Shown here: in pieces, positions 19,372 through 27,909 of the stretch | How positions within the stretch are numbered: position 1 is the stretch's first letter | Layout: each line of letters starts with the position of its first letter | IMG/VR virus record: IMGVR_UViG_3300027847_001705 | From: a virus | Strand: one strand, 5' to 3' | DNA: 64,000 nt | Notes under the pieces: generated by a model | What the model was told of the DNA's origin: nothing | The model's database searches: none | What the model saw: only the letters and a program-made list of their open reading frames with translations | Position numbers and translations under genes: made by a program

Positions 19372-22281
19372 TTATGCAGCCGAATTTTCCTTAGTTCCCA
19401 TAGGCTCTGCTGGTTTGGGTGAAGCATATGTAAAATGCCCTGCTTTATCCCTAGTAATTGTTCCTGCTTCTGCCATATCGTCCAACAATTTTTGTACTTT
19501 TGCTGGGCTACATCTTAATGTTCTGGCAATAGTTGAAGCTGAGGCGGGTTCATCGGAAACAGCAAATTCAGCGCCAACTGGTTCACCATCAATACTAGCA
19601 TAAGAACTTCGGAACAATTCTAAAACTTGATCTTGTAACGAAGTATCTTCATTTGTTTCAGATATTTTGTTCTTAAATTTTCGAACAAATGCTACTCCTG
19701 TACTTTCTTTCATTTTCTCCTGTTCTGGTTCCATTTTTATTTTATTATTAATTTTACCATTTTCTTTTACTTTGGATTCATCTTCATCATCTTCTTTCTT
19801 CATTGCTTTAGAAACTGCTTTCCTTTTTTTATGTAAAAATTTATCAGAATCATCTGCATCACCATCATTATCAATATCTTTATCTTTGCGATTTTTAAAC
19901 TTCTTTTGAACAGCATCCGGTTGAACAGCATCTAATCCTTCGCCATCATCATCCTTATCATTCTTATTAGTTTCTTTAGTTATTATCGGTTCTACTGGTT
20001 GCCTCTTACCTAGAATTTCTTTGGCTTTTTCATAAGCTAATTTTTTAATTTTTTCTTTAAAAATTCTACGTCTGGCATCAATTCTTTCAGTGGTATGTTC
20101 TTCGTCTCCTTCAATCATTTGACCGACTGGTTCATAACTACCGGCCATGGCACCGAGAGCTGAACCAACAGCACCCATTACTTTTCCTTTTGTAGAGGTC
20201 GCCACAGCTTTTTTCATGGAAGGATCATCTGATAACCTTGCCTGAGCCAGTTTCTTTCTGGCTCTTTCTTTGCCTTCCGCATCCATTCTTTTCTGTTGGG
20301 CTTTATCTGCGGTTGATGCAGTGGCACCTCGTTGTTGATCGGCTTTAGTTTGAACTCCGGCAGTCTTTTGAGTTTGAGCGGCAGCTGAAGCTTTTTGATC
20401 TTTTACGGCTTTATCTGAAATTCGATCTGCATCTGATCTCACAGTCCGAACTCCGGCAGTTTTGACTGCTTGTGAGGGCCCGCGCGCGAGATCCTTTACG
20501 CCCCTCTTTACAGCGGATCCAATTTTTTTCAATAGGCCCGGTTTTTGTTTAGCTTTCAGTTCTACTGATCTTTCTTTCTCTGACTCAATATCATCTAAAT
20601 TATCCTGATGTGTCTGCATTGCATCGTTTTTACGTACCAGTTTATCTTTTTTGTTTTGTGTTCTGCCAGCTGCCGTCATGAAGTTCGGTAATTCTGCTAA
20701 CACTTCCTCATCTTCTAATTGATTTACAAAAGACGCGAATGAAGTTTGTTCATCTTCATTAAGAGAATTATACATTTCGATGACTTCGTCAACAACTCTT
20801 TCGGTTATATCTGAATCATCCGTAATCATTTGACCGCAAGCTTTTTCTAAATCTTCTAATTCACATTCATCTGCTAATTTTTGAACTTCGGGTGAAGGAG
20901 CATCAATTGTTCCCATTTTAGTAGCATAAGCAAGAGAAACTAATCTGCGCTCTGTATTTTTAATTAACCTCTCGCCAATTTCTCCCCATGTTAATTCATG
21001 ATATTTTTTATACATCCCTTCAAGAATAAATTTATGAGAAGGAATTTCGCATTCATCATATTGCTCTGTTTTCATTTTTTTCATAACCGAATTAGCAACT
21101 TTTTGATCGGTCATTAATACCATCAAAACACTTTGTCGTGCTTCTTCTGACATCTTATCTAGATAAGGTGCTAATTTATCATAATCTTTTTTAGATACTA
21201 ACGAAGCAGCTCCTTCGATTGAGAGTCTATCTTTTCCTCTAACGGCTTTGGCTAATTCTTTAATTTGTTTAGCTATTCCTTTTGATGTAGGTAATTCTTT
21301 TGATTCTATTTCCATTTCTAGATCACACCACCCACAATGTTCTTCAATATCATGATAATTATTAATTACCCTTTTAGCCCATTCCATATTTGTTACTGTA
21401 TCTTGTTTCTTGGAAAAATCTGGCTCTTCTATTCCTTTAATCTTCTTCTTCAAATTGTCATCCCTGTAATCTTTTTTATTCTCGCTTTTTTTCTGCTTCA
21501 GTCTTTTTTCATCAACTGGCATCCAACTTTCTTTTTTAGCGTACCAGTCGTCCTTTCTCCTCTCTTGGTCGCTTTTTGGAGCCGGCAATGAAACTTTTTT
21601 CTTTACAGGTGCTTTTTTGTGCATTTGAGGATTTGCGTCTTTGTGAGCTGCATAAGCATCATCTCCTTTATACCAGGCAGCCTTGACATCATCTTGATAA
21701 TCTTCCGATGCCTGAAATGCCGCGGCGAATTTATTGCCTTGTTTCTCTCTCTTTGCTGCCAACTCACCTTCTCTTTTCCTTGGTGTGGGGTTGTCGACAA
21801 CCCTCTTCTTTTGTGCGTCTCTTGCGTCTGCTGCTTTATTATAGGCTGTGTTTCTTGCGCGTTGTAACAGTTCTTTCGAAACTTCGTTGACATCATTCTG
21901 CTTCTTTGACATCTGGGACATCGCCGTGTCGTGTGCTGCAGGATTGCTAGCAATAGAAAATTTCCTTACTCCGCCTTGCTGAGTTTGAAGTTGTTTTTTC
22001 TTTGCTGCCGCGGCTGCTTTTACTCGTGCTATAGCTGGATCCATTGCTTCATCTGCATCTACAGCCTTAGTAATTGCTTTTCTTTTCTTATGTAAAAACT
22101 TATCAGAATTGTCTTCATCTCCATCAGCGTCTATATCAACATGATCATCATCTGAACGATCTTTCCAATCTTGTTTAACTGCATCTTTGTCTACAGGAGC
22201 GAGTTTTTTCTCTCTGATCATTCTAACATCTTCTGCGGTTACCGCGCTCCATTTTGCGGGATAATATTTTGACCAGTCCAT
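19372..22281 (-). CDS. Large low-complexity, highly charged protein; likely internal head protein precursor
   Basis: 969 aa, K/A/D/E-rich; internal DIDxDGDxDxSDKFLHKKRKA repeat; many hydrophobic-x-E sites. Confidence 0.6.
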   Translation of the reverse strand: MDWSKYYPAKWSAVTAEDVRMIREKKLAPVDKDAVKQDWKDRSDDDHVDIDADGDEDNSDKFLHKKRKAITKAVDADEAMDPAIARVKAAAAAKKKQLQTQQGGVRKFSIASNPAAHDTAMSQMSKKQNDVNEVSKELLQRARNTAYNKAADARDAQKKRVVDNPTPRKREGELAAKREKQGNKFAAAFQASEDYQDDVKAAWYKGDDAYAAHKDANPQMHKKAPVKKKVSLPAPKSDQERRKDDWYAKKESWMPVDEKRLKQKKSENKKDYRDDNLKKKIKGIEEPDFSKKQDTVTNMEWAKRVINNYHDIEEHCGWCDLEMEIESKELPTSKGIAKQIKELAKAVRGKDRLSIEGAASLVSKKDYDKLAPYLDKMSEEARQSVLMVLMTDQKVANSVMKKMKTEQYDECEIPSHKFILEGMYKKYHELTWGEIGERLIKNTERRLVSLAYATKMGTIDAPSPEVQKLADECELEDLEKACGQMITDDSDITERVVDEVIEMYNSLNEDEQTSFASFVNQLEDEEVLAELPNFMTAAGRTQNKKDKLVRKNDAMQTHQDNLDDIESEKERSVELKAKQKPGLLKKIGSAVKRGVKDLARGPSQAVKTAGVRTVRSDADRISDKAVKDQKASAAAQTQKTAGVQTKADQQRGATASTADKAQQKRMDAEGKERARKKLAQARLSDDPSMKKAVATSTKGKVMGAVGSALGAMAGSYEPVGQMIEGDEEHTTERIDARRRIFKEKIKKLAYEKAKEILGKRQPVEPIITKETNKNDKDDDGEGLDAVQPDAVQKKFKNRKDKDIDNDGDADDSDKFLHKKRKAVSKAMKKEDDEDESKVKENGKINNKIKMEPEQEKMKESTGVAFVRKFKNKISETNEDTSLQDQVLELFRSSYASIDGEPVGAEFAVSDEPASASTIARTLRCSPAKVQKLLDDMAEAGTITRDKAGHFTYASPKPAEPMGTKENSAA
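19804..22203 (-). repeat. Internal repeat of about 45 aa (copies at 22063-22203 and 19804-19935)
   Basis: LAPVDKDAVKQDWKDR..DIDADGDEDNSDKFLHKKRKAITKA vs LDAVQPDAVQKKFKNR..DIDNDGDADDSDKFLHKKRKAVSKA. Confidence 0.85.
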
Positions 22282-23675
22282 CAGTTGCTCCTACTTGCAA
22301 TTATTTTCGAAAGAATTTTATTATGTCTTTCGGTTTGATTTAATCTTTTTTTATCTTGTTCGAGTTTAAACTCCTCTTCGGGAGTCAAATTCACAATATA
22401 TTGTCTATATTTATCTGTTCCTAATTCTAACTGTCTACCTTCGGAAGTTCGATTCTTATTCCATTCTTTTAAACCGAGAAGTTTTTGCAATTTATTACTA
22501 ACTGGATCTTTAAAGTCAACTTCATCTACAGGAAGAATATCTACCATTTCTTGTAAATATGTAAAATCTGTCTTATTAAAATCAACCATCCCGGACCCTT
22601 CATCTAATATTGTTATATAATCAGATGTCTTTTTAATAAGTCCTCTTAATGCTGAAAGTTCCCAAAGTTTTACTTTTTCCGTTATTAATTCATACCTTCC
22701 AAAAAATTCTTGACATTCTTTTAAACATCCTTTAATATAGGATATTTCTTGATAATTATATGGTAAAGATTTTATATAGTTAAATATTGTAGCGGCTCTC
22801 TTATCTACACAAAATGTCTCTCCTTCAAATTCAACATGTTCCATCCATAAACTCTCTTTAACATCATCATCGGGCATGGGTGGATACTTCACTGGACGCA
22901 TTTTGGGCATATTAGCAGAAATAAAACTATCCGCGGCCTTTTTTTGTTGTTTTGGGGTTGTGGCCTTGTTTTTTCTTGGTGGTAAACTCTGCGGCCGTTT
23001 TATGCTCGTATTAAGCACTTCCGTAGTACTAAGTTTTTCTTTTATTTGTTTTTCCATTACACTGAGTTTCATTTGTTTTCTTAATAATTGATATAAACTT
23101 CTACTGTCTCTTTCACTTAAAGTATCGGGTAAACCCGTTTTAAACGCTTCGAAATCGCCGTCTATAGCGAGAGATCTTAATTTAGATGCAGACATACCAG
23201 TCGCATCATCAGCATCAGGATCTCTTTCTCCTGCACTTTCTATATCTATTTTTTTAAAATCATAAAAACCATGCGGCTTATCTTTAACGCCGTTATATTG
23301 AGTCAAGAGTTTTTTAAAGTCATTTATTCTATCACTTCCAACAACCATAATGATTTGTTTATATCCTTCATCGTGCAATAAAGAAGCAACTTTCAAAACA
23401 TCTCCAGGCTGCTCCTTGGAATATTTAAAAATATTTTGGCCTCTTGGCTTAAACATTTTCTTCATCCATTTGACTTTATTTTTATAGTCTAATGGATTTT
23501 TTTTCGAATCTTGTGAGGAACTTAAAAAAACAAATGCATCGGCCCGACTTCGAGAAGCCGCTGTTACAATTTTATTAACTAAAATCTCATGCCCGGTTGT
23601 GGGCGGATTAAACCGTCCAAATGTAAATATAGCAGTTTTTAACGTTCCTTCACGTAATTCGATGAATGTTGTCAT
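22281..23675 (-). CDS. HIGH-superfamily nucleotidyltransferase (cytidylyltransferase/NMNAT-like) with long C-terminal extension
   Basis: FGRFNPPTTGH, VVGSDR, SAGERDPD, GMSASKLR motifs. Confidence 0.85.
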   Translation of the reverse strand: MTTFIELREGTLKTAIFTFGRFNPPTTGHEILVNKIVTAASRSRADAFVFLSSSQDSKKNPLDYKNKVKWMKKMFKPRGQNIFKYSKEQPGDVLKVASLLHDEGYKQIIMVVGSDRINDFKKLLTQYNGVKDKPHGFYDFKKIDIESAGERDPDADDATGMSASKLRSLAIDGDFEAFKTGLPDTLSERDSRSLYQLLRKQMKLSVMEKQIKEKLSTTEVLNTSIKRPQSLPPRKNKATTPKQQKKAADSFISANMPKMRPVKYPPMPDDDVKESLWMEHVEFEGETFCVDKRAATIFNYIKSLPYNYQEISYIKGCLKECQEFFGRYELITEKVKLWELSALRGLIKKTSDYITILDEGSGMVDFNKTDFTYLQEMVDILPVDEVDFKDPVSNKLQKLLGLKEWNKNRTSEGRQLELGTDKYRQYIVNLTPEEEFKLEQDKKRLNQTERHNKILSKIIASRSN

Positions 23676-23920
23676 TTATCCTCTTTATCCTCTTCTCCGG
23701 GTCTTACAATTTTGTGTTCCGCTTCTTTTTGAACCATTGACATGTAGGTATTTTGAACAGATTTATTTGCGTTCTGTTCTGACATATCCCGAATTTGTTC
23801 CTTAGTATATTTAAACCCTTTAGACTTTTTATCTACAATTCTTTTTACAGAATTTGCTAGATCGGTATAATCATCGTTTGAGAAAGGGCTCTCTCCGAAA
23901 TAATTATGTTTATCAGCCAT
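23672..23920 (-). CDS. Hypothetical protein
   Basis: 82-aa ORF with AGGAG SD. Confidence 0.5.
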   Translation of the reverse strand: MADKHNYFGESPFSNDDYTDLANSVKRIVDKKSKGFKYTKEQIRDMSEQNANKSVQNTYMSMVQKEAEHKIVRPGEEDKEDK

Positions 23921-23956
23921 TATATTCTTCTCCTAATTTATAATTTAAAAATCGAA

Positions 23957-24223
23957 TTACCAGTTTTCGCGATCTACTCTTGCGTCCGATCCTTCTTCTA
24001 TTGCATTAAGCATATCTTTTAGCATTGGAGGAACTCTTCCCAGTTTGTGTCCCCTGCCAAATTTTTCCATATACTCTTCATAAATCTGGGCTAATTTATT
24101 TTTGGGCCTCGCCGGTGCAGCCTCGATACATTCTCTCAAAGCGTCTGTTATTTTTACTGACCATTGAGAACCTTCTTTCAATGCTTCAGTTTCTTTTGTA
24201 AAAATGGGTCTCATTGGTCCCAC
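23957..24223 (-). CDS. Hypothetical protein
   Basis: 88-aa ORF overlapping the upstream stop. Confidence 0.5.
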   Translation of the reverse strand: MGPMRPIFTKETEALKEGSQWSVKITDALRECIEAAPARPKNKLAQIYEEYMEKFGRGHKLGRVPPMLKDMLNAIEEGSDARVDRENW

Positions 24224-25443
24224 TCCTTTTCTGCGGTGAAATTTATTCTACTAAATTCCATCCTGTTAACTAATTTTAAACCTTTTTGATTATCAAAAGT
24301 ATCTATAGCAACAAAACCTTCTGGTTTAGTTACTCTATACCCTGAAGGGGTTTTTATAAAAGTATTTGTTATTCCTTTTACTTCTTCTAATTTTTCAACT
24401 ATAAAAAGTTTGATATTATTTATTAATGATATTAATCGAAATATGATCTCTATTTGATCCATGGAACCATTTAAAGTTTTCATATATCCATCAACAGTCA
24501 TTTGTTTTCTTTGCCTACCTCTTTCAGACTTTAACTTCCCAACTTCGTTCTGCATTTTATTCTCAATCCACTTAACACAATCTTTTGCCGATCTTTTATA
24601 GTTATCAACAAATTCACCTTCTCTAACTTTTGTGTTCATGAATGTTTTAATGTGCGTTCTAATAATATTATCTTTTGATATATTATCTAAAAATCTTCCA
24701 TTAATTTTATTAAAATCTTTTCCTAATTCAGAAAGCATTCCGGTTACTTTGGTGGTATCTGCTTGAGTAAATGTTGCAGATCCACTTAAATCGGTAAAAT
24801 CTGCATTTACGGCCCAAACATCCCTATGAGAAGACCATAAATTTATATCTGCTCCAAACTCTGCTTTAAGATCATTTAAATCATCCGCACCGGCTGTTTT
24901 ATATGTTGTATGAAAAACAATCCCGACTTTGGCAGTAATAATTTTTTTAGCTAATTCAGTATTTAATGGTACAGCATATGTTATAGTGTTAGGAGTAAAA
25001 GTAACATACTTTTCTTTATCAATTGTTTTAATTTTTTTATCTTTATTATCTGTCCAAAGAACATCTCCGTGAAATATATTTCCTGGTATATTTAATTTGG
25101 GCAAATGTTCTAAAAGAGCAGACATTTTTGGATGTAAAGGTCCGCCACCAAAATGTTCATCTACATCTGATTGTGTAAAGCAAGGTTTCCTCATTGATTT
25201 ATAATCAACGAAAAATTTTCCATTAGGATGAATTCCTGCTACCGCCGCCGGAGCGCCATCCCATTTAACTGTAACATTAACTGCTTCTTTATTATTTCCT
25301 GCTAACATATCTCTTAGCGATCTCAGAAAATTAATAGCACCTCTAGTACCATTAACTCCTCCATTCAACACCTCGTCTTCGAGATGTTCCATATGAAGAT
25401 TCTTACCCGATGCTTCTACGAGAAACTGTTTATAAGATTTCAT
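24211..25443 (-). CDS. Ligase/capping-enzyme-fold nucleotidyltransferase with capsid-targeting-like N-terminus
   Basis: MKSYKQFLVE start; KWDG, FHGDVL, EGFV and LKLV motifs in ligase order. Confidence 0.65.
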   Translation of the reverse strand: MKSYKQFLVEASGKNLHMEHLEDEVLNGGVNGTRGAINFLRSLRDMLAGNNKEAVNVTVKWDGAPAAVAGIHPNGKFFVDYKSMRKPCFTQSDVDEHFGGGPLHPKMSALLEHLPKLNIPGNIFHGDVLWTDNKDKKIKTIDKEKYVTFTPNTITYAVPLNTELAKKIITAKVGIVFHTTYKTAGADDLNDLKAEFGADINLWSSHRDVWAVNADFTDLSGSATFTQADTTKVTGMLSELGKDFNKINGRFLDNISKDNIIRTHIKTFMNTKVREGEFVDNYKRSAKDCVKWIENKMQNEVGKLKSERGRQRKQMTVDGYMKTLNGSMDQIEIIFRLISLINNIKLFIVEKLEEVKGITNTFIKTPSGYRVTKPEGFVAIDTFDNQKGLKLVNRMEFSRINFTAEKEWDQ

Positions 25444-26969
25444 GATAAGTGCTTCTTAATTGCAACTGATAGTTCTGAGCGATTACCTGCGTTTGGTTTT
25501 CCTGATATAATATTGGGTAATTTGAGCCTCTTCCAATTCGTAAAATCAGAAAATGTTCTCAGTTTGCCGTCTTCCGGAGCTTTATCTCTCAAATAGGAAT
25601 TTATAGTATCTTTTAAAGATGTATTCTTATCTGTTGCTTTCTTATATTTTTTCTCTGCACCTTTGGGATCATACCTATCGGCTGTTAAAGCATTCGCGAA
25701 TACATCGCCCAGGATATCACCGTATCCTGATTCCCCTTTAACCAATTTTGCCGGTTCAAATTTTTCTACTTTTAATCTTGGTACAAAATTTCCATAACCG
25801 CCTTCTTTCCAATTTAAAGCCCAGTCATAATCAATCTTAACCTTGCCGGCAACATTAAGATAATCTATGCCAGTTTTAAATGCATATGCTTTTAAGTTTA
25901 TTGGATTATAATATAAAATAATATCATGATTTTCTTTCTTTGCATATGCATTCATACCGTTCGCAACCCAAATATGCATAAACGTATTAGGCTCTGTCAC
26001 GCACATATTACCTTCTATGTAAATAGCATCATCAAATTTAATTCCACCATCCATTCCTTGGCATGCAGTACACACTTTTTTCCACATATCCGCAATTTGA
26101 GTAACAGAGGCGCCATATTCGTGCAACCTTATTGATGCTTCATTCATTGCCGCTGAAAATTTTTCTTTCTTTATAACTCCACCGCCCCTAGATGAATCAA
26201 CTACTCCCAATCCAACATTATCGGGAACTTTTTTGGAACGCGTTGTTTTTTTCCAAAAGTCATCAAAGACTTTCTTTCCATCTCTGAATCCATCTTTTTT
26301 ACCAAATGCTGCACCACTGCCCTTTTTTGCTTCTGGATCATCCGATTCTAAATCTTTACCGCCTTTTTTTAATTCGATAACACCTGGTGTGCCGGCGACT
26401 CCACCTTCAAACCAAACATCACCTTTTCCATCTTTACCTTTACGCCCACTAGGATGGTTTAAAATTAAAAAAATCTCACCGCCACCCATATTTCTTTTAT
26501 CTATTTGGGGTTCCCAATTAACAAACCAATTATAAAACGCTGAATTATTAATTATAGGATTAGAATCTATAATATATTCTTTGCTACCAATATTAGTTTC
26601 GCCTTCTAGAGCTTTAGTTACTATAGCTTTCGCATCAACTAATTTTCCGCCTATTAATTTGTTTATAAAATCTAACTTTTCTTCTACTTTTGCATTTATT
26701 TTAATAATTTTTGACATCAGAGCTTCTTTAGCCACTTCTACTTTACCTGTTGTCATGCCCCTATTATCAAATAATTGACTGATTCTCGCTTCCATATTGG
26801 GAACAAATACTGCTTCGTATGCTCTATCAATAGTCGCCTGAGGAGATTGCTTTAAAATTCTCAAAAGAGGAGCCAGTTCTGGAGCATTAAGATTTCTTAG
26901 ATCTTTTTCCAGAAGAAGCTCTATTATATGTTCGGCAGATTCAGTCATAAAATTTTTATATGTTTTCAT
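25440..26969 (-). CDS. Probable PD-(D/E)xK nuclease-like protein with capsid-targeting-like N-terminus
   Basis: MKTYKNFMTE start; GGGE...KGD...IELK motif. Confidence 0.5.
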   Translation of the reverse strand: MKTYKNFMTESAEHIIELLLEKDLRNLNAPELAPLLRILKQSPQATIDRAYEAVFVPNMEARISQLFDNRGMTTGKVEVAKEALMSKIIKINAKVEEKLDFINKLIGGKLVDAKAIVTKALEGETNIGSKEYIIDSNPIINNSAFYNWFVNWEPQIDKRNMGGGEIFLILNHPSGRKGKDGKGDVWFEGGVAGTPGVIELKKGGKDLESDDPEAKKGSGAAFGKKDGFRDGKKVFDDFWKKTTRSKKVPDNVGLGVVDSSRGGGVIKKEKFSAAMNEASIRLHEYGASVTQIADMWKKVCTACQGMDGGIKFDDAIYIEGNMCVTEPNTFMHIWVANGMNAYAKKENHDIILYYNPINLKAYAFKTGIDYLNVAGKVKIDYDWALNWKEGGYGNFVPRLKVEKFEPAKLVKGESGYGDILGDVFANALTADRYDPKGAEKKYKKATDKNTSLKDTINSYLRDKAPEDGKLRTFSDFTNWKRLKLPNIISGKPNAGNRSELSVAIKKHLS

Positions 26970-27002
26970 ATTAATTTTTTCAGTGAAAAGATTTATATGT
27001 TT

Positions 27003-27245
27003 TCAAAGTGATTTCCCCTCCCAGGAACCTTTTGCCCATTTATCCATAGTCTTCTGAATATCTTTAGCTAGGGCTTTAACCGACTTAGCATCAGCTGAAT
27101 CCATTTCAGCAGCATTACGAGCCCATCTCGCTATTCTATTTGCACGCGAAGCAACTTCTTCCATACTTTTCACTGCCAATTTACTTATAGCAGCTTCCTC
27201 TAGAACTTCCTTAACTGCTTCATGCAGGTCTTGAATTTTTTCCAT
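27003..27245 (-). CDS. Hypothetical helical protein
   Basis: 80-aa ORF with SD. Confidence 0.5.
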   Translation of the reverse strand: MEKIQDLHEAVKEVLEEAAISKLAVKSMEEVASRANRIARWARNAAEMDSADAKSVKALAKDIQKTMDKWAKGSWEGKSL

Positions 27246-27273
27246 GTTTTCCCTTCAAAATAGTAGTATAATC

Positions 27274-27909
27274 TTATTTATTGTTTTTAAGATACTCATA
27301 TTTCTTTTCGGTAAGATGTATGAATTGTTTAAAAATATTTTGTTCTTTTATTGTAGAATATCTCATAAAAGCTTCACAACTTGTTTTTGGCTTATCGTGG
27401 AGATACATATCAAAGGCGAGTTCAGAACTATACGCATCTATTTCAAATGGGTTTGAAAAATAATCATCATATGCGGGTTGCGCGGTTTGTTGATCATCAA
27501 ATTGTAAAGAATGTGTTAATTCATGAATGTAGGTGAGAGTAAATTGTTGTCTATATTTTTCCCAAGCAGATTCTGGCACAAATAATTGCTGTGTATATAA
27601 TTCTGGTGATAAATTAATTGTTATTTCTAATTCTGATTCTGAAAAATGTTCTTCGGGAACATTAGCAGCTCCATCGAAAGTCATTTCATATAAAGCATGA
27701 CCCAAATCTTTTCGTATATTAACATAGCAAGAAAATCCTAGTTCATCTTCTAATATTTCTTCCGTTCTATTAGCACATTCATGCCAAAGCTTAATATAAC
27801 GATTTGTTTTTGTATTATATGAATTTTCAAATTCTTTAAAAGCTAAATCTATACATCCTAATGAATCTTTAATAAATTCTAATCCATTTGGAGTGGCGGC
27901 ATCATTCAT
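27274..27909 (-). CDS. Zincin-like metallopeptidase
   Basis: YIHELTHSLQ (HExxH) and downstream PFEIDAY; start moved to the ATG adjoining the helicase stop. Confidence 0.65.
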   Translation of the reverse strand: MNDAATPNGLEFIKDSLGCIDLAFKEFENSYNTKTNRYIKLWHECANRTEEILEDELGFSCYVNIRKDLGHALYEMTFDGAANVPEEHFSESELEITINLSPELYTQQLFVPESAWEKYRQQFTLTYIHELTHSLQFDDQQTAQPAYDDYFSNPFEIDAYSSELAFDMYLHDKPKTSCEAFMRYSTIKEQNIFKQFIHLTEKKYEYLKNNK

